64,000 nucleotides of DNA from Selaginella moellendorffii. Taxonomy: Eukaryota > Plantae > Lycopodiophyta. Positions within the stretch are counted from its first letter, which is position 1, and every line of letters starts with the position of its first letter. Positions 25,101-36,871 of the stretch are shown here, in pieces. Location of the stretch: contig NW_003314368.1 of assembly GCF_000143415.4 (NCBI RefSeq), forward strand, positions 268,792 through 332,791, written 5' to 3'. Made by a program: the position numbers and the translations under genes. The notes below the pieces were generated by a model. The model was given only the letters and a program-made list of their open reading frames with translations. It was not told the DNA's origin and ran no database searches.

Positions 25101-26304
25101 AACCTAGAGTTCAAGAAGACTGCAACAACAGTGAGCAGATCCGTGGCTTTCATCTACAAGGATCTTCAAGCTGGGAAGAAAGTCAATTTAGCAGGATATG
25201 TGATCCCGAAGTTTCACAAGGAACTTAAGAAGGTGACAGTAGATCTCAACATGGGGAGATGTGTGAGGATACTGATACTACTATATGTCTGAGGCATCGT
25301 CACGCATAGGAGTTAAGCCATGGTGATCTACAATCCACCACCTTTGCCTCCATAGCACACAGCCACGGAACGTTCAAAGCACCAAGCTAAAGACAACCTG
25401 ATGAACACCGAGAAGAAAAAGGTCCAGCAAAAGGCAGTAGCAACTCCACAAAGAAAGACATGGGGACAAGGCCAAAGAAACATTGGGACTTCATAGGTTG
25501 ACAGTCCAGCACAAGGTGTTGACACGACAACAACCAACGAGAACCTCCAGCTCCAAAAAAAAATGGCAGCAGAGTTTGGCACCTACACAGCCATCAATGA
25601 AGAGCTTGCAACCTCCGAGCTCACCACAGCTGGATTTGCCACCATTGCCACTGCATGAACCAGTGCCACCTCCATCTCCAACGACAACAATTTTGGTGGA
25701 CGATCACTTTCAGCTGACACAGGATATTCTTGAAAATCCTGAGACAATTATAATTCCACCATCCATTGTGCAAGGGCACATTGCTCTTCATGAACCACCC
25801 GTGCAGCAAGAGCAACCCGCTGAGCAACACTAGCCTCACCAACAACCTGCTGTGCCACAGCATTTCATAGAGTAGTAGCAGCCACCACCGCTGCAGCCTG
25901 TTGAGTAGCACCAACCCTCACTGCCACAGCCTGTCGAGTAGCTGTCTCCACCACAGCAGCTTGCCGAGGAGCAGCCATTTCTACTGCAGCAACTAGCAGA
26001 GCTACATCAGCCTGCTGAGGAGCAGCCACCTTTGCCATAGCAGCTAACCGAGCTACAACAGCTTGTTGAGCCACATTGCAATCTGCAGCAGCAACCGGCA
26101 CCACCACAGCCTGAGCACACACAGACATTTGCTCCAAACATTAGTGCCGATGACATGTAGCCGCCTCGTTCAACAATGCATCACTAGTTTCCTCACGAGC
26201 GCATGAGCACCGAGCACCATCACTATGACAAATATGCCACCAACAACGTTCCAATTGAAGCTTAACCCTAAACCCTAAACCGAAGCTTGCCGAGCAGCCC
26301 CATA

Positions 26305-28180
26305 GTAGCTTGTTGAGGAGCAGCCATTTCTACTGCAGCAACTAGCAGAGCTACATCAGCCTGCTGAGGAGCAGCCACCTTTGCCGCAGCAGCCACTCGA
26401 GCTACAGCAGCTTGCTGAGCCGCACCACAATCTGCAGTAGCAACTAGCACCACCACAGTCTAAGCACACACAGACATTTGCTCTAGACATCAGCACCGAA
26501 GACATGCAATCGCCTCGTTCAGCAATGTATCACTAGTTTCCTCACAAGCACACAAACACCAAGCGCCATCACTATGACAAATATGCTAGCAACAACTTCC
26601 AATCAAAGCAGAGGAGCAGTCGCAAGTGGAAGTGTACCGTACCATGCCTACAAACTTTTTGGAGTAGTACCATAACTCCAATATGGCAATGTACATGCGG
26701 GACGGCATGGAGAGCTTCTTTCACAATGTTTTTGCATAGCCACACGAGGGGAAGCTGGCGAGCATGGCTAAAGAACTTGATCAGGTAAAGGGAATCCTTC
26801 GCACTATGCAAGCTCATAGACTCCCAACACCAAATACTTGCTGAGAATCTTTTGAGTTAGCGCAATAGTACCAACTCGATAATGCCTGCCTCACCAAAGA
26901 AAACATGGAGCTCAAGGCCTGGCTTCAAGTGCTTGAGACTGCCATTAAGAACTACACTCGTGACAAGCTCGAGGACTACAAGGAAGAACCAAAGGCTAAC
27001 AACACAACTGCCACTACCACCACAATGGAAACTTGAGCCATAGAAGTTACTCAACTCTAGTCATCGGAGAGTAGAGAGGTATATGCACTTTGCATTGTGA
27101 TTTTCACAAAGGTATTTCCTAAGTTAGGAATTGAGATTAGGATTTCTCTTGGTCCAAATTCCTAACTTAGGAAATGCCTTTGCGAAAATGCAAAATGCAT
27201 GTACCTCTTTACTCTTTGATGACTAGAGTTGAGTAGCTCCTATGGCTCAAGCTTCCATATGGTGGTAGTGGCAGTTGTGTTGTTAGCCTTAGTTCTTCTT
27301 CGTAGTCCTCGAGCTTGTCACAAGTGTAGTTCTTAATGGCAGTCTCGAGCACTTGAAGCTGGGCCTTGAGCTTATTGTTTTCTTTGGTGAGGCGGGCATT
27401 ATTAAGTTGGTACTACTGCACTAACTCGAAAGATTTTTGGCGGGTGTTTGGTGTTGGGAGTCCATGAGCCTACATAGTGCGAAGGATTCCCTTTACCTGA
27501 TCAAGTTTTTGAGCCATGCTTGCCAACTTCTCCTCATGTGGTCGTGCAAAAACGTTGCAAAAGAAGCTCTCCATGCTGTCCCATATGTACACCGCCATAT
27601 TGGAGTCATGGTATTGCTCCAAAAAGTTTGTAAGCATGGTATGATATACTTTTGGTTGCGGCTGCTCCTCTGCTTTGATTGGAAGTTGTTGGTAGCATAT
27701 TTGTCATAGTGATGGCGCTTGGTGCTTGTGTACTTGTGAGGAAACTAGTGATGCATTGCTGAACGAGGCGACTGCATGTCATCGGTGCTGATGTCTAGAG
27801 CAAATGTCTGTGTGTGCTCAGACTGTGGTGGTGCCAGTTGCTACTGCAGATTGTGGTGCGGCTCAGCAAGCTGCTGTAGCTCGAGTGGCTGCTGTGGCAA
27901 AGGTGGCTGCTCCTCAGCAGGCTGATGTAGCTCTGCTAGTTGCTGCAGTAGAAATGGCTGCTCCTTGACAAGCTACTATGGTGGAGACGGCTGCTCGGCA
28001 GGCTATGAAAACAAAGGTTGGTGCTGCTCAATGGGCTGTAGTGGTGGAGGCTACTGCTGCTCTGCTAACTACTGTGGCATGGCAGGCTGCTACTGAGGCT
28101 GGTGTTGCTCAGTGGGCTCCTCTTGCTGTACATGTGGTTTGTGAAGAGCAATGTACCCTTGCACAATGGATGGTGAAATT
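26305..28180. repeat. Long inverted repeat (fold-back) centred on a 24-bp spacer at 27133-27156
   Basis: ...GGTATTTCCTAAGTTAGGAATT[24 nt]AATTCCTAACTTAGGAAATGCC...; mirror ORFs MSLHSAKDSLYLIKF on - (26572-26817) and + (27437-27709). Confidence 0.92.
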
Positions 28181-29269
28181 GTAACCATCTCAAGATTAGT
28201 TTTCCTATGTAGTTTTCCACCATTGTGCTTGGATTTTGGCTCGGGTCCAAGAGAAAACTCATCTCTAGCCTTTTCTTGAGCTCTTTCTTCTTGGCCTCGA
28301 GCAAGGTTGGCTTCTTCTAGAAATCCTGTTTTGGTTGTCATAGACAAGAAAACTTGCCATTCCTCTTCTCTGCAATCTCTTGCCTTATCTGGAGAAAAAA
28401 CTCTCCTCCATGGCAATCAACCCACAGTGATCTCGAAACAATTGACGAAAGACTGGAACATCAGATTGCTTAAATGGTGCCATTGTAACTAGCCTAAACC
28501 CTAATTTCTCAAGCTGATTGGCTGCTCGATTCTCGACAAGATCTTGTGCGTGTAGTACTGGGTGAGCCAGGGGAACAAATGGTGTGAGTTTTGCTGGATT
28601 ATCATTCCATTGCACAAGCTGGGGGCTATGGCACAAGGACAATGTTGTGAAGTCGCAAAGAAGGTTTCCAAGATCCACAAGGACAACTTTAACAAGGAGG
28701 AGGAGCTACCATCAATTAAAGATTTGGAACACTGAATAGAGTTTTTTTCTTTTCTTTTTGGAGCAGTGCTTTTGTGTTCTTCCCACTACTTAAGTTGAGT
28801 AAGTATTAGAATGGCAATAGTTCTCTAGTGACTCCAATGCTAACGGCCTTTAAGATTAACGAGTGTCAACCTAATGGCAAGAGCACAATAGCTCTGTGTT
28901 CTTAAATTGAAGAATAAGCAAGGTAGGCTTTTGTTTCTCTCCTTTCTTCTCCTGGTTTTCCTATAGGCTACCTATTGAATCCAGTGTCACTACAATTTGG
29001 AGTCCAGTTTTTATTATAGCAATGTTCTTGATGAGGATATTTTTCCTTTTGTTTTGTCCAAAGTTGAGTTGAGCTTAACTTAACACAAGTAAATGCAAGT
29101 CAATGTAGTTAGTTAGAAGTCTTATAAATGAAATTTAAATGGAAAAAATGAAGGTTCTAACATACTTTAAAATATTGAAACATGTAAGTACCTGGGACAA
29201 AGGTTTCTACAAGATTGAGTTGTTAAAAAAAGAATAAGTTCACAAGAACCTATCTTATATTATTTTACT

Positions 29270-29420
29270 ATGACTACTTTTACAATTGTCATATTTTAAT
29301 TTGACTACTTTTATAGCTATCATATTTTAATTTAACTACTTCATATTTTGACTACTTTTATAGCTATCATATTTTGATTTAACTACTTTATATTTTGATT
29401 ACTTTTCTAGCTGTTATATA
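29270..29420. repeat. AT-rich degenerate tandem repeat (GACTACTTTT...CATATTTT units)
   Basis: Read directly from the sequence. Confidence 0.6.
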
Positions 29421-30081
29421 TTTACATACTATTCCTTCATTCAAAAGTTTTTTCTAGGGTTTTTGAGAAGATGGGAAGCAAGGAAAATAAAAAATCTATG
29501 AGTAAAAGTTATAGTGTAAAGGAATGTGAGAATGTTAACTTTGTTTCATTATTATAATTTCCATATTACACTTTTTGTCTTTATTATCCATCTGGGAATG
29601 TAAAGACCATTGTCATTATTGATGAAAATGCTCTTGTTACTTCTAACATAATAGTTTAGAGCAAGAGAAATGAAGAAATAACACAGTAGAAAGCATCAAC
29701 AAATCTACTTCATAAAAGTTTTTATGGCATTTTGTAATTATATAATACTTCATATAAAAAACTCCGCTTGCTTGATTATATCCCAATCCTCTTATATAAA
29801 TCCCCACTATCCCCACTCATATGATAGAATGCCAATATGCTAATATATCCTACCACTATAATATATTCTATATTTCCCAGTTGTGGCACAAGTGTAAGAA
29901 ACAAATATTTGCATATTGTAGATTTTCAATAGAGTGATAGAGCATATGTATGCATGAAAATCTAGAATTCTAGTAGCTCTTGTGTTTACAAGGAGGCTAT
30001 GATTATAAAGCCCTATTTCCGAGACTAATAATCTATGAATTTGACTATACTTAGTATACCACTAAAAAAACTTATAGTTAT

Positions 30082-30625
30082 CATAAGTTTTTTTCTTTTG
30101 AGTTTTGACTTCCTAAGAAGTCATCTAGCTTAATATTATTCAAACTTAAGGAAACTGATTTGAAACAAGGGGCACTTTTATTTATGAGCCCTTTGGTTAC
30201 TTATAATCCACCATACTTCCACTATGCCCTGCTCTCTTGACACTTCATTCTTCAGGTCAAGCTCTTATGAATGGAAGCTAAAAGTTACAACTTTCTTGAG
30301 AGCTTTATTCTCTTGACACCCTACCCCTTGGGTCAAGCCTAGTTGGAGGCAAATTAGACTTACCAAATGTCTATCTCAATATGTAGTGTGATTCCTCTAG
30401 CCAACAAACAGAATCAAATTCAAAATCCCTTTAATACCAAATATAAACTCGACTTCCTAGGAGGTCACCCAACCCAATACTATTTAAACCTAAAGATATT
30501 TAACCCCAAATATCCCAAGACTCTTACTTAATTAGAAAAAGGAGTGCACTCTTCTTTATAGACCCTTTTCTTTTATATTTAAAACTATGAATTGTCTTTC
30601 AAGATGTTCCTTTTAATTTTTTACA
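30082..30625 (-). mobile_element. Decayed two-LTR Cassandra-type TRIM
   Basis: Two degenerate copies of the 750-943 LTR (about 30082-30205, internally deleted, and 30442-30625), each with the 5S core (GACTTCCTAGGAGGTCACCCAACCCAATACTA in the better copy). Decayed Met-PBS CTTTAATACCA lies just before 30442; internal region about 235 bp. Confidence 0.75.
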
Positions 30626-30656
30626 CAAAAGAAAGTCATTACTACTTATATTTGGC

Positions 30657-31320
30657 TGTAGCACACCCTATTTTTCTCCCTTTAAGACAACTGAAAAAGG
30701 GGTAATTGCTTGATGAGAAAGCCTTTAGTGGCTATTTATCCCCATTTATCCCTTAAAAATCCACGGTGACAGTATATCCAAATCTCATCCTATGATCATA
30801 TATATTACACTCACCCCCCTTTAGAGATGTTAATGTTCTCATTAACTATTGACTAACAACCCCTACTAAACTTAGAAGAACCAACACCTCCATTTCCGCA
30901 TTGAATCTATTAATCTTTCTATTGTGTAGATTAGTTATTTCATGTAAAACAACTAGTCATCCACCCATACCATAGTCCTATAGTGGATACATTCGTTTGT
31001 GGATACTCCACACAAGAAGAAGGATGTATGTATGGATGCTCAATACGTATGATTTCAAATTTAGAGGTAGGAATATACCTTTCTCAAGGGTATATTATAT
31101 TTTTAAGTAGCCACTAATTAATGAGGATCAAACCTATGCCATTTTCTTTAATACCATATGTAACGCACTCTATTTCTCTCCTCTTAAGTCAATTAGAAAA
31201 GTGATAATTTCTTGATGAGAGAGCTCTTAATGGTTATTTTATCCTCATTTATCTCTCAAGGTTCCAAGGATCCACAGTGACAGCATATTTAAATCTTATC
31301 CCATAATCATATGCACTATA
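30657..31320 (-). mobile_element. Complete TRIM (664 bp, about 160-bp LTRs)
   Basis: LTRs at about 30657-30808 and 31159-31320, PPT (CTCACCCCCCTT on +), decayed PBS (CTTTAATACCA), and perfect TSD TTGGC (30652-30656 and 31321-31325). Confidence 0.88.
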
Positions 31321-32617
31321 TTGGCCCTCCAGCATTTTATATCAATCTCCACCTCCATCCCCAAGTTTTACTAATATTCCATTTTCACCTCCATATAACA
31401 ATCTTCTTTGTGCTAGAGGCTTTAGTGAAGTTGAACTAGAATTCCTTATATATGAAATTTTAAATCTTCTTACTAGAGAGGGATTACTTCCAACACTTCA
31501 AGACTAATGTCACATATTTTTACAATATCTTGCTTTTGATAGAGTAGGATTGCTTGAAAGCATAGAACTCTATTATATTTGATGTCTAATATACTTTTTT
31601 TTACATAAGATAAATGGCTCCATGAGTTTACAAACTTTTCTTGAACATTGTAGCAATTGCCCATAGTAGGTCTGGAAAATATGCATTCATAGATGTATAA
31701 TAGATTTAATAATGAATTACATATACATATCCACTATTGTTTCATAATGAAAAACAACATCCCTTTGGGAAACACAACATTAACTAATGTGGAATATAGG
31801 ATTTTTATGCCACCCTACAATGGAATGTAAGATCTAAGATTGTTTTACTATACTTTAGTATTGTCTCTTTTAAAAGAAAAAAAATATATAATGAAATGAT
31901 AGTAGTTCTAGGTAACATATATTGTTAAGATTATCCACTAGGAATTGATTATAATAAATAAAGTATTAGAAGTGTAGTATTCGGTTTAGGAATAACTCGA
32001 AAGAAGAAAATGTTTAGGCTCTTTTACCAGCCTTTAGATCCATACAAGTCATCTTAATTTTCTTGAGCACTTAGTAAACATATTGAAAGTTTGATTCTAA
32101 GATGCCCAATATGCCTTTTATTTTGTCTTGGATCAAGAATTCATTTATATGGGCTTGAATAGTTTTCTTGAGCACTACTGCAATTATTGCACAAACAATG
32201 TTATCATTTCATATATAATTATTTATAAAATATTGAAAGATGAGATGGCAACACACAAGTGCTATAGAGTGATGGTGGCAAGTGAGAATGACAATATGTA
32301 ATTATGATATCTGACATTGACATTATTTACAAACATCTAACATGTAACAGGTTTGTCATTTTATGTAAAGATGCATTTAACTTTCTTATGCCTCATCATC
32401 AACATATTGATTCCTTCTACACGTCCTCCTATATTGGTATTATGGAGAATATTCACTTTGCATTTATTGAGCCATGGCTTTTGTATAGTTGGGGAGACCT
32501 CTAAATCCTCCAAATTTAGAAACTTGAAGTGATTATAATATATAAAATAGAACTAAATATATCTTAAAATCTTAATAAACATAATTTACTTGGAGGCAAC
32601 TTATGAAATCCTTTGAG

Positions 32618-33410
32618 CTAGTGTTTGAAGAAATGATATTCTTCAATAGCAAATATCAACCTACTAGAATCACATGTTGCCTCCACTATAAAATTGCTAC
32701 TTATTGTGCAATCAATCACAAAACCATCTAGTGAGCAATAAAGCTCAAAAAAGACTTGCATCGCTGATGGAGTTTGAAATTGATACCTAGTCTGGATTAA
32801 GTTATGGTAAATGTCATGCAATATTCACATTTAATATGCATAACATACATGTTAACTTATTGCACCATCATACATGTTAAGAGAGCCTACATAAGATCTA
32901 TGTTGCATACGAGTGCATGTTAAATTGCATGTCAAGATAGCACTTATTGCAGATTTATTCATCCATAAGGTTGGGTATGATATCAATGGAACAATCATAC
33001 TAAGCAAACCATGTGCTACATGCTTGCTATTACAAAATCTGTCATGCATATTTTTGCAAAAGGTATAATAGATAATAATTTAGAAAATAGGAAAGTTTAG
33101 AAATTAGATAAAAGTATGAAATACCTACTCACCTTTTCAGGCTTCCCTTGGATGCTTATAATATCGACACCAATAGGGTCTATAATGCACTTAAAAGAGA
33201 ATAATTTGAAACAAATTTTTGTTGCATACATCATAAACTCAGTAGGATGAAGATGACATGGCCAGCTTTGAGCATAAATGCTTCTAACAAGAGGAACACA
33301 TCACAGATGTGGTCGAGTGTGAAAAAGTTCCAATCCTTGAATTTCTCATCAATATCTGAAATATTGTCTGGAAAGTTGAAAAGAATAAAGTCTGCAACTA
33401 AGAGTAATGG
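32618..33410 (-). pseudogene. Decayed beta-class N6-adenine/N4-cytosine DNA methyltransferase-like sequence (N6_N4_Mtase-like), probably TE-borne
   Basis: Hand translation of 33398-33240 gives VADFILFNFPDNISDIDEKFKDWNFF...EAFMLKAGHVIFIL (motif IV-VI-like). ORF 32618-32821 gives QTPSAMQVFFELYCSLDGFVIDCTISSNFIVEATCDSSRLIFAIEE (motif X-I-II-like). An AAG|GTGAGT donor at 33132 lies between them. Confidence 0.55.
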
Positions 33411-34349
33411 TCTTTATATCCTTTGACACCATATGTCCATGTTCATATTGTCTTCCATAAAAGATATTATCAATTTACTATAGGAGCTAATGAAGACACC
33501 ACAATGCCTCGGTGTGTTTTTGGGGAAACCAGACAGACTTATAGAAAAACTAAGTGAATAAAAAAGTATGGAATAATATGTTACTATCATATGATATGTT
33601 GTCAATGAGAGTTCTTCCAACTCCTCATCATGAGCATCTCATCAAGCTAGAATAAAATTACTACTAATAATTATTGCTGCAAAAACATATATTACCACCT
33701 TTATGTGTAAAAGTCACTTTTGCTTATCTCAAGGTTGATGAGATATTTTGTAAACCACTTGATCATTATTATTTACTGGTGGAACTAGATCCAAATCTTG
33801 ACTATCTGATGGTGGAACTAGAGTTTGATCCTGGCTGTCTAGTGGTGGAACACAAGCTTGATCCAAAGCTTCCTCATCCTCCTCTCCATCATCACTTGCA
33901 TCACCATCATTGCCAACATTAACAACTTCCTTGTGTTTTAGTGTAGGGGTCTCCTTCCCAAAGAGCTCCAACTCTCAAGGGCATTTTATATTCCATGCTT
34001 TTGGAACTCTTGTAAACATTGTTGGGTACATTCTTCTATCCTTTACACCCTTTGTAACATTTGGGTGGTAGCTAGGGTTAGGGTTCTTAGCAGCTAGGTT
34101 CTAGGGCTGGTGGTGGTGGGTCACTGTGGTCTTAGAAGGCTTTTAAGGTATCCCGATGGTATAGGGAAAGTTGCAAAAGCTCTAGAAATGGAGTGTTTTG
34201 CCAAGATTGATGTGATCTTGCTTGCTTTGATGCATGATTGTCACGAATGTGACTGCAAGTATTGAAAGTTACTTATTAGCTAGTCTTTTCTGATATTCTT
34301 TCCTTATTACCACAGTAGCAGGAGGTCGATATTGCTAGTTCCCTTTTCA

Positions 34350-34970
34350 ACCCCTCTTGTTCACATGTTAGTAAACTAGGCTTACCATCTGTATTTAGCT
34401 AGATGAATATAAGGTAGGAACTCTTATGTGTTTCTTGCTAAATATACTTGGTTTGGCTCTTAGTTCTCTTTTACTTTATTTTGCACTGGCTTAACAAGAA
34501 CCCTCACATATTGAGACTAGTCCCTCAATATCATTAGATGATAACTTACCATGTCTGCCAAACACCCTTGTTATCATGCACCTTATGTTAGTTCTATTTG
34601 GTCTTAATTGCTATTTATGGAAAGTGTCTAGATTTGCTAATTTAGCATATCTATGAAATGTAGAGATTGTCCTGAACATAATGGTGTTAATCCTTTGTCC
34701 AAATTCATAATCTAAAGATGTCTCAAGCTTGTCCCAAAGACTAACTCCTAGTACTAAGGGAGGCTTGGGGTGAAAGCCTAAAGCGTGTGTTCCTCAAAAG
34801 GGGGGGGGGGGGCTATAGAAGGTTCCAAATGTATAGTAGGGAGAGTGGTTGGAATGCATGTTTGACCACCTAAGACATTAGTTTGGCTCTTGTTGGGCTG
34901 TGTCACTCTTTCTTTTGCATCCAAATTGGGTCTAAGTGCAAGTTCCACACTATGTTAGTTGGTGGAATAA
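34350..34970. repeat. Fragment of a dispersed LTR-like repeat (related copies at about 5175-5400 and 35856-36708)
   Basis: 34350-34680 is colinear with 35925-36260; the GGTTCCAAATGTATAGTAGGGA..GGGTCTAAG block is shared with 5175-5300. Confidence 0.65.
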
Positions 34971-35319
34971 CTATATATGTTTATTGAAATCTGGATATAG
35001 TGGCATGAAGATGGCTATATGGAAATAAGCTGCCTACCTCAACTTAAGTCATGGTTGGGGTGGTAGGAAGTTAAGATGTTTGGTTTTTCTTTTCTTCCTT
35101 CTCTGTTTTTTGCCTCTTAATATCACATTTTTTCATTAGGACTAACCATTCAAGGACCTTGCATACACCCCAACTATGAACCTCTTTGAGAGTAAGTGGA
35201 GTTGGCATTCCTCTAAGATAGGTAAAGGAAAGATGAGTTTATATGAAGTATGTTTATCAGATTTGATATACATTATAAAACACTTTTTAAAAATCTTGGC
35301 ACTTGAGGAAGGAAAATAC

Positions 35320-35858
35320 TGTAGCACATGTGATCATGGGATGAGATTTGGATATACTGTCATCATGGATCCTTGGAACCTTAGGGGATAAATAGGGATA
35401 AAATAGCCACTAAGGGCTCTTTTATTAAACAATTGCCCCTTTTCCAGTTGGCTTAAGAGGAGAGAGATAAGGTGTGCGACATGTGGTATCAGAGGAAATG
35501 GCATGGGTTCGATTCCTATTGATTAGTGGCTACTTAAAAAATATAATATACCCTTGAGTAAGGTATATTCTTTAAAATTTGAAATCGTACATATTGGGCA
35601 TCCATGCATACATCCTTCATCGTGGGACTGCAATACAGGTGAATAACTAATTGCCTCACATGGAATCCAAAAATGGAGGTGTTGGTTCCACTTGGCTCAA
35701 TAGGGGTTTTTAGTCAATAGTTAAATAGAAGGATTGGTAGATTCAATGCAAAAATGGAGGTGTTGGTTCCACTTGGCTTAATAGGGGTTGTTAGTCAATA
35801 GTTAATAAGGTGTGTTAGTAAACTGATCTTCCCTAAGGGGGGAGAGTGTCGCAAATGT
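35320..35858 (+). mobile_element. TRIM of the 30657-31320 family, 3' LTR interrupted
   Basis: 5' LTR 35320-35481 (TGTAGCAC...GTGCGACA), PBS TGGTATCAGAG 35484-35494, PPT AAGGGGGGAGAG 35835-35846, then only about 12 bp of 3' LTR. Confidence 0.85.
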
Positions 35859-36708
35859 AACTTCAGATATCTAAAGTTATCTATCATCCAGTCCTTACGG
35901 ACACTCTTTCCTTACCTTTTATTAGTCCCTCTTGTTCAAGTGTTAGTAAACTGGACTTTGCATCTATACTTGGCTAGATGAGCATAAGGAAGGAATTCCT
36001 AAGTGTCTATTTAGCCAAGCATACTTGGCCCGGCTTTTTAGTTATTTTTTGGTCTGTCCTGCACTAGCTTGATAAGAACCCTTGCGTATTGAAACTAATC
36101 CCTCAATATCGTTACATAATAACTTACCATGTTTGCCAAACACTTCACTATCATGCCCTTTGTGTTAATTTTATTCCGGTCCCAAATACTATTTATGGAA
36201 AGTGTTTAGATTTGCTCATTTGGCAAATCTACGAAATGTAGAGATTGTCCTGAACACAATGTATAGTAAGGATAGTGGGTAAGTCAGGCATGGCCAACCA
36301 ACTTGAGACATAGTTTAGCTCCCGCTTGCGTGCCTGTCCTTGTTCTGCATCCAACTTGGGTCTAAGCCTAAATTCTATTCCATGCTAGCTGGTGGAGTAC
36401 CCATATCCTTGCATTAGGCCACCGGTATGCTGAAATAGCGCCAAACTCCATTTTGCTCCATTTTGCATGTTGGTCCTAGCATTGGGATATTGGTTGCTCT
36501 AGGACTGCTCCAAGTTGCTCCATGCTCTTGTCCTTTTGGTCCTTAGGTTGTATGCTTCGGAGTTGTTCTATGCTCTAGTGCCATTGCTCCTTGACTCTAT
36601 GCTTGGGAGTTTGGCACTGTTCCTTCATTCAGTGGCCCAAGGCTCTGAAACTTGGATTCCACACCATTATCCTTTGGACACATGGCATGTGACATGTGGC
36701 ATATGACA

Positions 36709-36871
36709 TGTAACACACCCTATCTCTCTCCCCCTTAAGCTAACTGGAAAAAGGGCAATTATTTGATGAAAGAACCCTTAGTGGTTATTTTATCCCCATT
36801 TATCCCTCAAGGTTCTAAGGATCCACAGTGATAGTATATACAAATCTCATCCCATGATCACATGCGCTAAA
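36709..36871 (-). mobile_element. Isolated LTR of the same TRIM family
   Basis: Reverse complement of 35320-35481. Confidence 0.8.

Larger units (their letters stand above)
16121..27132 (+). mobile_element. Large decayed non-chromovirus Ty3/gypsy element: long 5' region, gag-PR-RT-RH-INT, and an extra 3' ORF
   Basis: Gag zinc knuckles (CTQCKNEGH.., CQICDRDGHIAKNC) at about 19.7-19.8 kb, protease FDGGSVVN at about 20.77 kb, RT VPKKNGKLRICVNYK..FLDG, RNase H NYTTIEKEAL, integrase DRGAHF...YYPQGNNQAESTNK at 23.6-24.1 kb. Many stops and frameshifts. Q/P-rich ORF remnants at 24.6-27.0 kb. Confidence 0.88.
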
